Shown here in pieces: positions 49,992 through 61,902 of a stretch of DNA of 64,000 nucleotides (position 1 is its first letter; each line of letters opens with the position of its first letter). This stretch comes from an uncultured virus (IMG/VR IMGVR_UViG_3300028888_000089) (Duplodnaviria; Heunggongvirae; Uroviricota; Caudoviricetes). The notes below the pieces were generated by a model. That model did not search any database, was not told where the DNA came from, and saw only the letters and a program-made list of their open reading frames with translations. The stretch lies in IMG/VR virus record IMGVR_UViG_3300028888_000089. One strand, given 5' to 3'. Position numbers and translations under genes: made by a program.

Positions 49992-50477
49992 TTATGCCAA
50001 CCTTGTGACGTCGACATTAAGATTGCGAACCGCAACCGTTGGCGCGGGAGTTGTAGCCGGAGTGTCGGACACCGAGGCGTTTATCACCGTTACAGTTGTG
50101 CAGCAGCCAACTGGAACATCGATAGTAGCATCACCACTAACGTGCCAGTATTCGCCAACAGCAGCCGGTGTAGCAGCAGCAATTGTTAACGGCCTGGCAT
50201 AGCCATTGACACTTAACGCAAGCTGAATTTCACCAGCAGTTCCGCCTTCTGCTACAGCAATATTTCCGCTATATCTGACATTATACTGTGCATTGCCACA
50301 GCAAGGATTAGCAACAATACCCCGAAGTGTAATATTCGGAGTAAGATTGTCATGCACGACCCTCTGCGGACGTTTAGAACACGGCCTAATATTTTCAAGT
50401 ATAGCGGCTGCACCAGGAGACAATGTTTGTACTTCATTGTATCCAAATTCAACCATTTTAAGTTTTCCTCCAATCAA
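49992..50477 (-). CDS. BclA C-terminal-like beta-sandwich protein
   Basis: Y.V.YSGNIA...IQLAL.VNG pattern. Confidence 0.55.
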   Translation of the reverse strand: MIGGKLKMVEFGYNEVQTLSPGAAAILENIRPCSKRPQRVVHDNLTPNITLRGIVANPCCGNAQYNVRYSGNIAVAEGGTAGEIQLALSVNGYARPLTIAAATPAAVGEYWHVSGDATIDVPVGCCTTVTVINASVSDTPATTPAPTVAVRNLNVDVTRLA

Positions 50478-50550
50478 TATCGTTCATGGAACGAAACAAA
50501 AAAGTCACCATTAGTACCAGCCCAATGACTCTCATGTATGATCTGTTATA

Positions 50551-51258
50551 TTAATTTGCTCCGCAGCAGCAACCAAAGCTCGTGCCACAGCAATTCGGAT
50601 TCTGGACCATATACGCCGGGACAGGCGTAGGCGCCAGATACCGTTCGAGAGCAGTGGTCTGAGCCTCGTTGTTCGCCAGAATAGTTGCAGTCTGAGCATT
50701 CTGAGACGCGGCAAGATTCGCCATCGTGAGCTGACGCTCCAGATCAGCAATCTTTTCGTTCTTAGCATCGATCTTGTCCTGACACATCTGATCAAGGATC
50801 CTCTGTGTGGACTGTGCCAGAGCCTGACGATTGTTGCAAGCTTCGTTAGCAATTGTATACTTCAGATCAGCTGTGGCTGCACGGTTTTCGCAACAACAGG
50901 TCTGCATAGAAGACTGTAAGGAGAACATCTGATTCATATCCGCCATCTGACGGCTATTGGCAGCGATCTCAGCCTGAGCAAACCCATTAGAAATAGAGGA
51001 CTGAACGCCATTGATGCCACTAATAACGGCACTCTGATCAAACCCGCGCTGGACTTCAGAGCCAACTCCAGCACCGTTGTTGCCAAAACCACCAAATCCA
51101 TTTCCCCAGCCAAGAACAGCCAGCAGAATAATAATCCACCAAGCACCGTTCCCGCCAAACATACCATCGCCGTATCCACCTCCGAAACTGGTCGGAGCTA
51201 CGGGCATTGAAAGATTGAGACCATTACCTTCAGTCATGGTAAGATTTCCTCGATTCAT
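50551..51258 (-). CDS. Gly-rich membrane/coiled-coil phage protein
   Basis: WWIIILL, QRGFD, CCCE and PTPVPAY.V.NP motifs. Confidence 0.7.
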   Translation of the reverse strand: MNRGNLTMTEGNGLNLSMPVAPTSFGGGYGDGMFGGNGAWWIIILLAVLGWGNGFGGFGNNGAGVGSEVQRGFDQSAVISGINGVQSSISNGFAQAEIAANSRQMADMNQMFSLQSSMQTCCCENRAATADLKYTIANEACNNRQALAQSTQRILDQMCQDKIDAKNEKIADLERQLTMANLAASQNAQTATILANNEAQTTALERYLAPTPVPAYMVQNPNCCGTSFGCCCGAN

Positions 51259-51832
51259 ATAATATTTATCAAGAAAACCATCTTCTGAAAATATCCAGTT
51301 CGCGGCCGCTAAGACGGCTTTCTAGATAGCAAAAGGAGAAGGCCATTTGTTTATAGACGCTGGCCCATACGTCTTAAAATATTCATTTATGCATTTCTCC
51401 AACATGCAATGTCTTCACCAGACGTTTCATTGCATGAGCTACTCTGCATAAAATTGTGATTTAGACTTCCATTTTGATTTTATTCGCCTTCGGTAGGAGT
51501 TTCAGGTTCCTCTTCGGGTTCGGGTTCCGGAATGGGAACAGGAAGCTCGCCAACAGACTCATGCATGATGTCCCGACCATCAGCAGCAGTCAGCGTGACG
51601 GTCGTCATAACACGAGCAGGATTGGTGTCCTCATAGTTCGCGCCAAGCTTCTTAAAGTAATCAGCCTTTGCCATCTTGAGGGTTAAGCCGACATCATTGT
51701 TATAGTCTTTGCTGTCAAAAGTCTTCGGATACCCACTAACAACAGACAGAATGCCATACGGATTAGCCGTAGAAGTGACCACCTGAGTTGCATTAACGAT
51801 TAAAATAAGTCTTGCCATAATTAAATCCTCCT

Positions 51833-53566
51833 TTAAGGTATAATCAGCCATCTATCAGAGCCTTCATCATATGGCTGATAAGTAGTTAAATTGATATTAT
51901 TAATAGCACAAATACGTTCGAATTCTTCGACTGTGACTGGTTCATTACCAACGCCGAACATTTGAGTGAGGTCAATAAACATCGTATTCTTAAATTGACA
52001 AGTCTCCCCAGTCAAAGAGTATGTATTTCCGGAATAACAAGCCCAAATCGGCAAAATTTTTCCATCATCGGCAGCATTTGGATTTCCAATTGATTTAATT
52101 GTTGTCCACGTGTCTGCATTAACTAAATGCTGTCCTTTCCATCCACTGCCTATTATTGTTACATAGTTCTTTGTTTTAGAAGCTTTCAGATCTTGCTGAA
52201 TATAGTATTTATGATCTTTATTGAATGCGCATTCATTAATAGAACGCACAGCATCGGTATATGATTGTGATACATCTGACAGCGTGGTGCGTGTTCCAAC
52301 TCCATTATTAAAAGTTAATGACGCATAAGTTGTATTATACGCTCTCCAATTCAAACTTGAAACTTCTTTCGCCCATTGGTTCCACTTAACCTTTTTATGA
52401 TGTGCATGATCAAATGTGATTGCTCGTTTACGAGTGGCAAGAATATCCTTTGACTCAGTGATAGGATACGTTACCTCAGTCACATCATTCACATCCGACC
52501 AGAAATTATTGTGGTCGAGGAAGGCTTTCATGTCTTTGGCAGGGATGGGAATGTGGATGGGAGTTATAAGCTTTCCGATAACTTGAACGTTCTGTGTCGT
52601 ATCATATCCAGAAGGAAGATACATTCTACAATTATATGAATTTGCAACAATATAATAATGAGGTTCACCATTTGCATTGGTATAGCCATATTTTGCAACA
52701 TTACAATAGTCCGTACGATGATTACTTATACTATTACCATAAACCGGATTTGTAAATCTTTTATACCTAAGTTCTGTACCATCACCTTGGTCTGAAAGAT
52801 TTGGCCAATCGCCCCATAATCCTTCAAGAATTTCATATTCAGCCACAATCTCCCCTGCTATCGGATCTACATAACCACCGTAGATTGTTTCGCCATCTGG
52901 AAAAGTAATCGGAATTAATCGATGATTATGTTCTGGGTTTTCGGTGATGACATTTGGATAATTTGCGTAAAATCCATCAAATGTTGTATAGTCTTCTATC
53001 GAGAATGTAACAGTAGTTCCTTGATTCATTCTGAATATGATTATACAATAAGCAGTTTCAGCAGTTAATGTCACCTTTCGACTAAAGCTATTATTAGATT
53101 CATTGCATACAGTAGGATCGGTTATAAGAGTATTATCGCCTCTTCGAAGTTCTACTATTATAACAGCATGATGGTTTTCATTACTATTATTAATGCCTTT
53201 AGTAAAAAATATAACATTCTTTCCTCTAAGAGCTACTGGAACATCCCATCGCAAGCTAATTTGATGCAGTACATTGTATGTGGAAGTTCCATTTTTTACT
53301 TCTAATTTTAATTTACCATTATTCCATGCATATTTTGAATCGCCGCCAACAGCATGTACTGTTAATTGCTCATAATTAAACAATGTTTCGCTGCACATTT
53401 CACCATTTAACCCAGTCCATCCTTCAATCGGAATGGGGTTCTCTGGTGAAGGGGTTCCAGAAGCCTGCTTTGGCAGAAAATGAAATTTCAAACTTTCAAT
53501 AGGAACTCTAGAAGGGGTTCGAAAAGAGGCAATGTCCCCAGACACAGTATGAGTTAAGCTGCCCAT
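51833..53566 (-). CDS. Putative minor tail / receptor-binding protein
   Basis: [14 protein letters not shown] and [12 protein letters not shown] motifs common in siphophage tail proteins. Confidence 0.6.
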   Translation of the reverse strand: MGSLTHTVSGDIASFRTPSRVPIESLKFHFLPKQASGTPSPENPIPIEGWTGLNGEMCSETLFNYEQLTVHAVGGDSKYAWNNGKLKLEVKNGTSTYNVLHQISLRWDVPVALRGKNVIFFTKGINNSNENHHAVIIVELRRGDNTLITDPTVCNESNNSFSRKVTLTAETAYCIIIFRMNQGTTVTFSIEDYTTFDGFYANYPNVITENPEHNHRLIPITFPDGETIYGGYVDPIAGEIVAEYEILEGLWGDWPNLSDQGDGTELRYKRFTNPVYGNSISNHRTDYCNVAKYGYTNANGEPHYYIVANSYNCRMYLPSGYDTTQNVQVIGKLITPIHIPIPAKDMKAFLDHNNFWSDVNDVTEVTYPITESKDILATRKRAITFDHAHHKKVKWNQWAKEVSSLNWRAYNTTYASLTFNNGVGTRTTLSDVSQSYTDAVRSINECAFNKDHKYYIQQDLKASKTKNYVTIIGSGWKGQHLVNADTWTTIKSIGNPNAADDGKILPIWACYSGNTYSLTGETCQFKNTMFIDLTQMFGVGNEPVTVEEFERICAINNINLTTYQPYDEGSDRWLIIP

Positions 53567-55686
53567 GACATCACCACCCCATAAACCCCATCTGTAATAA
53601 CAATTTCATAAGTCGTATTAGCCTCAAGGGCTGTATAATCAAACCAAGCTGGAAATTTAACTGTGCTTGGAACTGTTAATATTGTTGGCGACGAGCCGCT
53701 ATCAAATCTGACTACAATACTACCAGCCGAAGGTGGAGTAATAGTAAGCGTAGAGCACGTACCACAAATATAACGAACATTGGGCATGCCAGTAATGCTT
53801 GGAGTAGAGCCAGATATGGTCTCTACAAGCGGAATATCAGCCTCGATACCGAGCATGGATTGGATAGCAGTCTTTGCTTCTGGAGTATAAACGCCCACTT
53901 CGTTGTTCGAGGCGGCCATACTTTCGCCAGCAGCTTCTGCGAGACCATAAAACACAGATCTGTATTGCCTTAATGCAGTAACAGCCCTTTTCGAATTTCC
54001 AGCTTTTATATCTCCCATGGAAGCAACTCTTAGCAAACCGATATGATTTTCATCGGCTGCATAATCATTCCTTACATACCGCCCGTCCAAAGGATCAAGT
54101 TCGCAATTTGTCCCGGGTGTAATGATACCGCCTTGTGTAATTGCCGCAGTGGCCTTGTATCTCTTGCCATCCATGACGAATGTCTCGCCAATAGCATACG
54201 GACGGTCAGCAGTGATATCAGCCTCGTACGGGCCAACCAATCCATCAAGTCCAAGCATCTTTTGAATGCCCTGCTTAGCAGCGTCAGGGTACGTTCCAAC
54301 GGTGACAGTTTCATTTGCGAGATCTGCTCCTGCGAGTTTAGCAAGTCCATAAAAAGCTGAAAAGTGTTGCGTACCAGGTGTTATGACTGACTGCTCGGTA
54401 GCACCGGTTTTAATTGCGGTAGAGCTGGCCCTATTAATGCTTAAATACCCACCAGCATTTTCCATCATCACGCCAATGCCAGGTTTAACAACGCCAGCTG
54501 TAGCTAAGTTTGCATAATCTGTTTTCTTAACATAAGTCGAAAGATCGGGTTTTGCCATATTGGCAATCTCTTCCTTATCGGCTTGTGTTAAAACATAATC
54601 ATCACCAGGATCACCTTTTGGCCCTTGTTCACCAGTGTCGCCTTTATCGCCTTTAGGACCTTGTGTTCCTTGAATTCCCTGCGGGCCTTGAGGACCAGTT
54701 AAGCCTTCGAGCTGCTCAGGAGTAAAGTCCTCATATGTGAAAGGATCTCCCTTATCGCCTTTCGGTCCTGTATCGCCAGTGTCACCTTTATTGCCTTTAG
54801 GCCCACGAAGACCTTCCTCACCCTGAGGTCCCTGTTCACCCTGAGGACCTTGGGGACCAGTATCACCTTTGGCGCCTTTAGCACCCTGAATACCTTGTTC
54901 ACCCTGAGGTCCCTGAGGACCAGTATCGCCTTTTGGACCCTGAGGACCTGTTAAGCCTTCAAGTTGTTCAGGAGTAAAGTCCGCATAGGTAAAGGGGTCG
55001 CCTTTGTCACCCTTAGGCCCCTGCATTCCTTGAATACCTTGCGGACCCCGAGGACCAGTCAAGCCTTCAAGTTGTTCTGGTGTAAAGTCCTCGTAGGTAA
55101 ACGGGTCGCCTTTTGGACCGGCAGGACCTTGAATACCCTGTGGCCCTTGAATACCTTGAGGACCTTTAGGTCCAGTTTCACCTTGAGGACCTTGTTCACC
55201 TTGTTCGCCCTGAGGGCCATCGAATTCTCCAGATTCTTTAGCCGCTTCAAGAGCCGCATTAATATCAGATGCTATATTCTCTTTAGTTTCATTAAGGGCG
55301 ACTATAGCCTGCTCAACAATATTCTGCTGAACGGGAGATGGGGTTATATCACCAGGCTCAGCCCTTTGTATAACAGGAATGAAACCTTTACATATAGTTT
55401 CTCCATCATCCTGTCCAACATGAATAAATATCCAGAAATAAACATTTAATCCAGTTCCTAATAAAACATCAGGAATTCTAACCCCAGTAGGATCATTAAG
55501 CTGTCCCATCACAGGTATACTCTTGCCCTGCTCAGAATTACTAAAATGTACTTCATAAACAGGCGGCAGATCGACCCCGCTCAGGATAAGCCTCTGTCCA
55601 TAATTGTACTGATAAATAGGATTAGAATAAGCCGTTCCATTTGCAACTAAGGACATATGGATTTCGTTTTGCATTATAATAATCAC
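53554..55686 (-). CDS. Collagen-like tail fibre protein
   Basis: Gly-X-Y tracts interrupted three times by GDPFTY(E/A)[13 protein letters not shown]-terminal YQYNYGQ domain. Confidence 0.8.
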   Translation of the reverse strand: MIIIMQNEIHMSLVANGTAYSNPIYQYNYGQRLILSGVDLPPVYEVHFSNSEQGKSIPVMGQLNDPTGVRIPDVLLGTGLNVYFWIFIHVGQDDGETICKGFIPVIQRAEPGDITPSPVQQNIVEQAIVALNETKENIASDINAALEAAKESGEFDGPQGEQGEQGPQGETGPKGPQGIQGPQGIQGPAGPKGDPFTYEDFTPEQLEGLTGPRGPQGIQGMQGPKGDKGDPFTYADFTPEQLEGLTGPQGPKGDTGPQGPQGEQGIQGAKGAKGDTGPQGPQGEQGPQGEEGLRGPKGNKGDTGDTGPKGDKGDPFTYEDFTPEQLEGLTGPQGPQGIQGTQGPKGDKGDTGEQGPKGDPGDDYVLTQADKEEIANMAKPDLSTYVKKTDYANLATAGVVKPGIGVMMENAGGYLSINRASSTAIKTGATEQSVITPGTQHFSAFYGLAKLAGADLANETVTVGTYPDAAKQGIQKMLGLDGLVGPYEADITADRPYAIGETFVMDGKRYKATAAITQGGIITPGTNCELDPLDGRYVRNDYAADENHIGLLRVASMGDIKAGNSKRAVTALRQYRSVFYGLAEAAGESMAASNNEVGVYTPEAKTAIQSMLGIEADIPLVETISGSTPSITGMPNVRYICGTCSTLTITPPSAGSIVVRFDSGSSPTILTVPSTVKFPAWFDYTALEANTTYEIVITDGVYGVVMSWAA

Positions 55687-55726
55687 TTCCTGTTCACGAT
55701 ATCGATCTTACTTCCATTTTGATTTA

Positions 55727-56203
55727 TTAGAGACCATATGCACTATTAAAAGTGCTAGCTTCAATTTTTGTACCAGATGAGAAATTCGAATCCTTCATAA
55801 CCGCATACTGAGTTGTAGAAGTTCCTGTTTTCGACCTGTCAGTATACTTAATTACATCAGGAGATTTAACTTTTTCCAGTGTGACTGTAAATTGCACAGT
55901 TACAGAAACGCTTTGGCCTGATGACGCTCCATTGTATACTTTAACCTTAGGGGTTCCCCCATTGGTCCAGCCTATAAATGCTGGATCAGTATACTCATTT
56001 CCCCACGATAAATTAGTAGTAGTAGATGACGATACATTTCTTAAATACACCTGTCCAGAAGACTGACTATTTTTCGTTACGGATACACTTTTAAATACAC
56101 ATCCTGTTGGAACGGTAAAAGAATTATTACATGTGAAAGTATAAGATGATCTGGAGCCAACCGTTTTACCAGAAGCCGAAACGGTATATGTTTTAGTAGC
56201 CAT
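55727..56203 (-). CDS. Putative virion structural protein
   Basis: Ser/Thr-rich beta-type sequence within the tail cluster. Confidence 0.5.
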   Translation of the reverse strand: MATKTYTVSASGKTVGSRSSYTFTCNNSFTVPTGCVFKSVSVTKNSQSSGQVYLRNVSSSTTTNLSWGNEYTDPAFIGWTNGGTPKVKVYNGASSGQSVSVTVQFTVTLEKVKSPDVIKYTDRSKTGTSTTQYAVMKDSNFSSGTKIEASTFNSAYGL

Positions 56204-56207
56204 AAGA

Positions 56208-58295
56208 TCACCTCACATATACCCAAATACGGCCATTAACTTTGACAGGATTTGGATTATCTTCTGTTCCGGCATTCCAAATATCATAGTTCGGAATCTC
56301 AGATACAATTCCAAGAATTCTATCAGGATACTTTCGGATCTCCCTACGGGACATGATGCTTACTTTTCCATTGGGAGCAGAACAAACAGCATCTCCGATC
56401 TTGAATTTGCGTCTATCCTCATGAGTATACACAAGAACACGTCCAGCAACTGCTATAGGCGTCTTTGCTTTACTTGTTTCGCCCATACAAGATCCATACG
56501 TATCAGAAGTCAAACGGCAAGCAGACTGAAGACGTTTTGTAGATTTTCTCATCCAGCCATCTTCGCATTCGGAAAGACAATATCCGCCTTCAGCAGTTGT
56601 CCCCTGTCTGAATTCAGCATAGTCATTCCAAACAGCATTATAAACACGAGAGCCATAAATATACTTAGCAACACCAAGGCCGCCTTTAACAATAACTGCA
56701 CCAGTGCTTGTAGAAGATGATGCTGTTGTATCAGAGAAAGTTTTAGTTCCTGCGATTATTAAGTCAACGTCTTTTGTAGTAACAATGTCATATGTTTTGC
56801 TCGAGTCTAATCCAACAGTAGCTGGTGGTAAACGATAATGTTCGTAGTATCCTGTATTATCTGTTGTCGGGGTTTCATTTCCGGAATATACTCTAAAATA
56901 CATTCTTGGAGCAACAATCTTATCGACATTTTGTCCATCGCCATTATGAATTAGAATTTGTCCTAATGAATTTTTAGAGCCATTGCCGAAATTAATTCCT
57001 CTGTAAACAGCATCATATGAAATACTTGGGGCAGTAACAAATGTTTTTGTTCCATCAATATCTTCGTCTCCGGTTAAATGCACACAGTCAGAAGTGTCGC
57101 CACCTCCACCTCCGCTACTGTTGTTTGTTTTGGGCAGAACGCGAACGATCTCTGTTCCGTTATGCATGTAAATAGGATGAATATCATAGAGGCCGAACTG
57201 ATAAGCACTGCTTGCTCTCCCCAGGAATATATACCAATAACCATCTTCAATTATAGGAAGATCCTGTGTTAAAGGCATACTGTTTGCAATCTTACATTTG
57301 CCGTTAGTCAATGGCGTAACCATTAAATATACATTCTTATGCGGAGTTAATGTCGATCCACAGTTGAACGAATATCTAGCATCAACAAGATATGCAAATG
57401 TCAATGCAGTACCAGCTACAATTGCAGCTCCAGCAGCATACGTTGTCGTAGTATTCCAATAATAAATCCTTGCAAACGGATCGAACTCCACATCAGTGAG
57501 CATCGTTTTTGTTGTCGCAACAACATTATTATCATTGTTAAGTGGCGTAAGTAAATCCTCAGAAACATGAAACAACAGTTGATAGCGATATATTGCACTA
57601 TCAGCGATATAGTTCCCGTATTGGTTACATAAATGATTTATAACAGTTGCATTCTGATCGCCAGTAAATCTATAGCCATGGGTACAGGCATCAAAATTAT
57701 CAAAAGACGAATAGGTTGAAGAGTACCAATCCGTATGCGAAGCCCGATTGGGAATATCTGTCGGGGTATATAACGTATCCTGCATCTCAACTTCGCAGTC
57801 CTGGCATTCCAAAAGATCTACTATAACGGTTCTTTTATATGAGGTGTTTGTTGGGTTTGTCGCATAATATAAATTGAATCCAAGCCAGTTACCGCAATCA
57901 TTATTGTAGCCAGTAGAAGATACTCTAAAGTAACAATGATAATAAATAGGACGATAACTCGTACTCAATATTTTATTCTGCGTAGAATATCCACAATAAG
58001 TGTTTTGAACGCCCCAGATCTCATAAATACTATCAGTATTATACATATCGGAATTTGATGCAGATCCAGGAACTGTAGCACGAACTCTTACCTTAACACG
58101 CCATCTCGTCCTATAAGTCGTAGCTCTTACTTTTGCATAGAAAAAAGCGCCGCCTACATTGTCATTAGACGTCGCAATTACATCAGTATATGTTCTTGTA
58201 TCCAGTGGCCTTTGATAAGGATAGGCCATGGCTACGGAATCTTTTAAATCATAACTAGTGCCGCTAGAAAGTTTAATTTTACTAATATCAGCCAT
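56208..58295 (-). CDS. Tail fibre with C-terminal peptidase G2/chaperone-like domain
   Basis: VHLTGDE.I.G.KTF, STGA..V.GGLGV, VYNAVWNDYAE and GRIWV motifs. Confidence 0.65.
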   Translation of the reverse strand: MADISKIKLSSGTSYDLKDSVAMAYPYQRPLDTRTYTDVIATSNDNVGGAFFYAKVRATTYRTRWRVKVRVRATVPGSASNSDMYNTDSIYEIWGVQNTYCGYSTQNKILSTSYRPIYYHCYFRVSSTGYNNDCGNWLGFNLYYATNPTNTSYKRTVIVDLLECQDCEVEMQDTLYTPTDIPNRASHTDWYSSTYSSFDNFDACTHGYRFTGDQNATVINHLCNQYGNYIADSAIYRYQLLFHVSEDLLTPLNNDNNVVATTKTMLTDVEFDPFARIYYWNTTTTYAAGAAIVAGTALTFAYLVDARYSFNCGSTLTPHKNVYLMVTPLTNGKCKIANSMPLTQDLPIIEDGYWYIFLGRASSAYQFGLYDIHPIYMHNGTEIVRVLPKTNNSSGGGGGDTSDCVHLTGDEDIDGTKTFVTAPSISYDAVYRGINFGNGSKNSLGQILIHNGDGQNVDKIVAPRMYFRVYSGNETPTTDNTGYYEHYRLPPATVGLDSSKTYDIVTTKDVDLIIAGTKTFSDTTASSSTSTGAVIVKGGLGVAKYIYGSRVYNAVWNDYAEFRQGTTAEGGYCLSECEDGWMRKSTKRLQSACRLTSDTYGSCMGETSKAKTPIAVAGRVLVYTHEDRRKFKIGDAVCSAPNGKVSIMSRREIRKYPDRILGIVSEIPNYDIWNAGTEDNPNPVKVNGRIWVYVR

Positions 58296-58323
58296 TGTAT
58301 CCCTCCTTTCAAAGGATTAGAAG

Positions 58324-59355
58324 TTAAGATACAGTAACTGCTTTCTGCGTTCCAGAGAATGTCGGTTTGGACACATCACCAGCGGGAGTACCAGAAACTG
58401 AAACAGAACCTTCTGTACCAGTAAATGTCGGCTGAGACACATTACCGGAGGGCGTGAACTTACCGCTGCTGCTCATTGTTGTACCTGTAAACTTTAAATT
58501 TACTCCCTCACCAGTAAATGCCGGAGCAGTTGCCTCTGCTTTTGTGATTCCGCTAACGATTGACTGAGAAGCAAATTGAGGAAGCGTAACCGCTGTAGGA
58601 GTATTGGCTGTAAAGCTACCCTCAGTCCAAGAAAGCGTTAACGTTTCATCAGCAACTGAAGTCTGCAGAACAGGAAGAGTACAAGATGCAGCAGATCCAG
58701 GAGTGACAGCTCCACCACCGGTAGCAGAAGAAGCGACATACTTTGTGGTGGTTGCAGGTGTTACCGTAACAACAGGAGCTGCCACACTACCAGAAGGAGT
58801 ATAGTTCGCGGATCCAGTTCCAACGCCAATAGATCCGGAAGGAGTACCAGAAACACTAACATTTCCTTCAGATCCAGTAAATGTCGGCTTGCTAACGGAT
58901 CCAGACGGAGTAAAGGTACCAGTAGATGTCATAGCACTTCCTGTAAATGTCGGCTTGCTAACAGATCCTTCAGGTGTGTAATTGCCACTTGCTGAATCTT
59001 TATATGCAAGAGCTCCAAGTGCTGATAAATCGATATCTGTCGTACCGATCTTTTCCCACGAATACGTAGTGGAAGAACCAGATCCCTGCTTGATCGTTAC
59101 ATATTCGGAATAAATATCTTTTCCGCTAGACGTAGTCGTCGGAACAAGGTAAAATGCCCCGACGGTAGATGCGGAAGCGACAAGTGTACCCGTAATGGTT
59201 GTTCCGTTTTTAGTCCATTGCACGTCTTTTGGAGTACTTCCAGCATCAGTAGATATCACAAACGATACACCGGCGGATGCAGCTTGACGAGCAACTTCGT
59301 CTTTTAAATTATATGTGGTACCACTTGGAAGTGTAATTTTGCTAATATCAGCCAT
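58324..59355 (-). CDS. Fibre-like structural protein with TPxGxVSxPTFTG repeats
   Basis: Repeated motif; WEKIG..DL..LGALAYKDSA. Confidence 0.65.
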   Translation of the reverse strand: MADISKITLPSGTTYNLKDEVARQAASAGVSFVISTDAGSTPKDVQWTKNGTTITGTLVASASTVGAFYLVPTTTSSGKDIYSEYVTIKQGSGSSTTYSWEKIGTTDIDLSALGALAYKDSASGNYTPEGSVSKPTFTGSAMTSTGTFTPSGSVSKPTFTGSEGNVSVSGTPSGSIGVGTGSANYTPSGSVAAPVVTVTPATTTKYVASSATGGGAVTPGSAASCTLPVLQTSVADETLTLSWTEGSFTANTPTAVTLPQFASQSIVSGITKAEATAPAFTGEGVNLKFTGTTMSSSGKFTPSGNVSQPTFTGTEGSVSVSGTPAGDVSKPTFSGTQKAVTVS

Positions 59356-59791
59356 TATTATCCCCCATTCCTGATTTTAATATGAGATTCTCGCCTTCTA
59401 ATTGACAACTAACTTTATTATTCCAAAGTCCTCTATCGGTTTCACTAACATGAATACTTCCATTTTGAATGTGCTCGTTAATCAGATCCATTACGGAACC
59501 TGGAACTCCTCCGCCAATAAAAGGGGTATCTATTAAATAAGCACTTCCATCTGCAACTTTTAATCCTGGTATGTCCTGTCCTGTTTCAGATTTACTATAA
59601 TCGGAATAAACAAAAACCTCACCTCTGGATGGGATTAATAAAGGCTGATTATTCCAATATTCCGTTGTGCCTATTTTTATAGTGATCACTTTAATGGCAG
59701 GCAATGAGGAACGTAATGATAGCATTTGGCCTTTTGGACCAAAATCTAATGAAAAATGATGATTGCTGTTAAGCTCTAATTGTAAACCCAT
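59348..59791 (-). CDS. Hyaluronidase/tail-fibre N-terminal-like protein
   Basis: W......P..GE..VYSD...KVADG and H..N..IHVS..DR..WNNK patterns. Confidence 0.55.
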   Translation of the reverse strand: MGLQLELNSNHHFSLDFGPKGQMLSLRSSLPAIKVITIKIGTTEYWNNQPLLIPSRGEVFVYSDYSKSETGQDIPGLKVADGSAYLIDTPFIGGGVPGSVMDLINEHIQNGSIHVSETDRGLWNNKVSCQLEGENLILKSGMGDNNG

Positions 59792-60168
59792 TATGTACCA
59801 GCCCCTTCATTAGAAGCATGCGTAACTTCTTCATCTAATGTAAAGAGACCAAAGAATGTTTTCTTAATGTTTAAAGCAAGAGCAATAACTTCAATATCGC
59901 AAACATATTCTTTACCAAATTCCAAAGAGTTAGTGTCTTCCGGATTGATTTGAAAAGAATAAGATCCAGGCGCTTCCCCAGGATAAATCGTTCCGGCACT
60001 CAATGACTTTTGAAAGAGTGGATACCTGTCATTAGAATCTATTTTTACTGTAAAAAATATGTTCTCTGGTTGGAAGGCAATCGACTGCCCAGCATCGATA
60101 AGCGTAAATGAAAATATCTCGATATCGCCTCTTGGCATATCGATCTCGAAATCGATTTTTTGAGCCAT
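59791..60168 (-). CDS. BppU-like baseplate/tail adaptor
   Basis: RGD...FTVK...I.PEDT..L...Y..DIE...EEVT pattern. Confidence 0.55.
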   Translation of the reverse strand: MAQKIDFEIDMPRGDIEIFSFTLIDAGQSIAFQPENIFFTVKIDSNDRYPLFQKSLSAGTIYPGEAPGSYSFQINPEDTNSLEFGKEYVCDIEVIALALNIKKTFFGLFTLDEEVTHASNEGAGT

Positions 60169-60184
60169 TTATACACCCTCCTTA

Positions 60185-61816
60185 TTAAGTTTTTACATAT
60201 AAAAGATGTACGATTCCTTTTACAACTGCATCGTGAGTAGAATGTACGTTCCTAAAACGAACAGTAATTCCAGAAGTAGATACATATCTGAAATCACTAA
60301 GAAATACGAATGAACAATATCCACCACTATTTGTGGCATTCGCTATGCCGCATCCAATAATGCCAAGACATCTATAACCAGGTTTATCGATATTGCTGCT
60401 AGAATATGTTTTCTGATAAGATCCGCTTGGTTCAACTGTAAAATTGTCAAAAAATGTAATCGAATCCGTTAAGAATAACGGAGCCACGTCACTTGCTTCA
60501 AATGCTCCAATATTAGTACGAACTTGCGCCTGTTGAGCAGGGGTTAATGTCTGTTCGCTAATTGTAACAACGTCTGTTCTAAGCTTATCTTTTAGATTCT
60601 GACCATAAAGAGCACTTATTCTGCATGCAACCGTTGTTCCGTTAAAGAATTCCATTCCATGGTCATTTGCCTTATAGGAGCCATCGGTAAACGGAAGACC
60701 CGTACTAGGATTTAATAAGAATGGATAAATAATTGGATTCTCGCGAACTATATAAATATAATTCTGGTCGTATTCATAAGGACGACCACTAGATTTTGCA
60801 GCCTCAAGATTAGCTGCGGAATATGTGACCCTGTCTATCATTGACACAGCCTGTGCCAGTTCAAATGAAATATAATCACGAACAGCACCGACTTGGCATA
60901 ATCCATATGGAAAATTAGCCATTATACTGGTGAAATCTATTGTGCTTTCGTCATACACCTCAAAATCACCAGCATGTCCATTTATCCAATTGGACCAAGT
61001 CATATAGATGCACGTTGTATCTTCATCAGGGTCGATGACCCAAATATATCCATCTGATGGAATAGTGAATAGCCCATTATCGTCTGGAACAATAATAGAG
61101 TGCGTTCCATCAATAGTTTCGCTAAACTCTAGATCTGTATAATCTCCATCAATCCGGAATCCATAAATATCAGAGTATTTAAGAACCCTGGCGTAGCCAT
61201 TTGCATAATTATATAAATTCCATCCTGTAGAATTAAAATTTGCAGGCGTGGCCATAACAATTGTTCCACGAGATTCTTTAATATAAGTTATAGTTATACT
61301 GTCTCCATTAATAGGAGTGCCATCAACTGTAACACCGTAAAGTGCTGGATTCGCGCTCCAAGCACTAGTATATTCTAAAGTTATTGTTGCTGAATTATTA
61401 ACGTATGCCACAAAAATATCTCTGTCAATAATCGCTGAAATTTCATCGTCCCCTTCTTGGGTTCGAGTTGCATTATGCACTGTCATAGTTAAAACTTCCG
61501 GAATATAATTATTATGAACTCGTCCACCGTAAACAGTGCTTAATTTGGCATTGCCATCAGATATTGAAGCGAAGCCGTCCGTTGTTCTATATATGAACTC
61601 GCCAGATGAAGCTTTTGCATCTGTGGCTAAAATATTTGATGCGTAATCTACTTTATCAACTGGACAATTTCCATCCGGGCCAGCAGGAATGCCATTAACG
61701 GCTTTAATGTATCCCGAATTATCCAAAGTGTATGTTTCTGCACCTTTAACAAATGACAATTTGTTTATAATATGCTTACTCAATGCTCTATACTCCTTTC
61801 TATTTTTATGCTCCAT
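60185..61816 (-). CDS. Putative tail protein
   Basis: AVNGIP..PDGN and QTLTPAQQAQVRTNIGA fibre motifs. Confidence 0.6.
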   Translation of the reverse strand: MEHKNRKEYRALSKHIINKLSFVKGAETYTLDNSGYIKAVNGIPAGPDGNCPVDKVDYASNILATDAKASSGEFIYRTTDGFASISDGNAKLSTVYGGRVHNNYIPEVLTMTVHNATRTQEGDDEISAIIDRDIFVAYVNNSATITLEYTSAWSANPALYGVTVDGTPINGDSITITYIKESRGTIVMATPANFNSTGWNLYNYANGYARVLKYSDIYGFRIDGDYTDLEFSETIDGTHSIIVPDDNGLFTIPSDGYIWVIDPDEDTTCIYMTWSNWINGHAGDFEVYDESTIDFTSIMANFPYGLCQVGAVRDYISFELAQAVSMIDRVTYSAANLEAAKSSGRPYEYDQNYIYIVRENPIIYPFLLNPSTGLPFTDGSYKANDHGMEFFNGTTVACRISALYGQNLKDKLRTDVVTISEQTLTPAQQAQVRTNIGAFEASDVAPLFLTDSITFFDNFTVEPSGSYQKTYSSSNIDKPGYRCLGIIGCGIANATNSGGYCSFVFLSDFRYVSTSGITVRFRNVHSTHDAVVKGIVHLLYVKT

Positions 61817-61902
61817 AGGACAAGAAAAAACCGGATTGGCAGAAAGGAGCGGCTACCAATCCGGCGGTCTTATTTCAATTGCCCATAAGACGAGGCGCTA
61901 GA

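Noticed and set aside
51833..61816. Diversity-generating retroelement acting on tail fibres
   Set aside because: No reverse transcriptase and no TR/VR pair with adenine-specific mismatches seen
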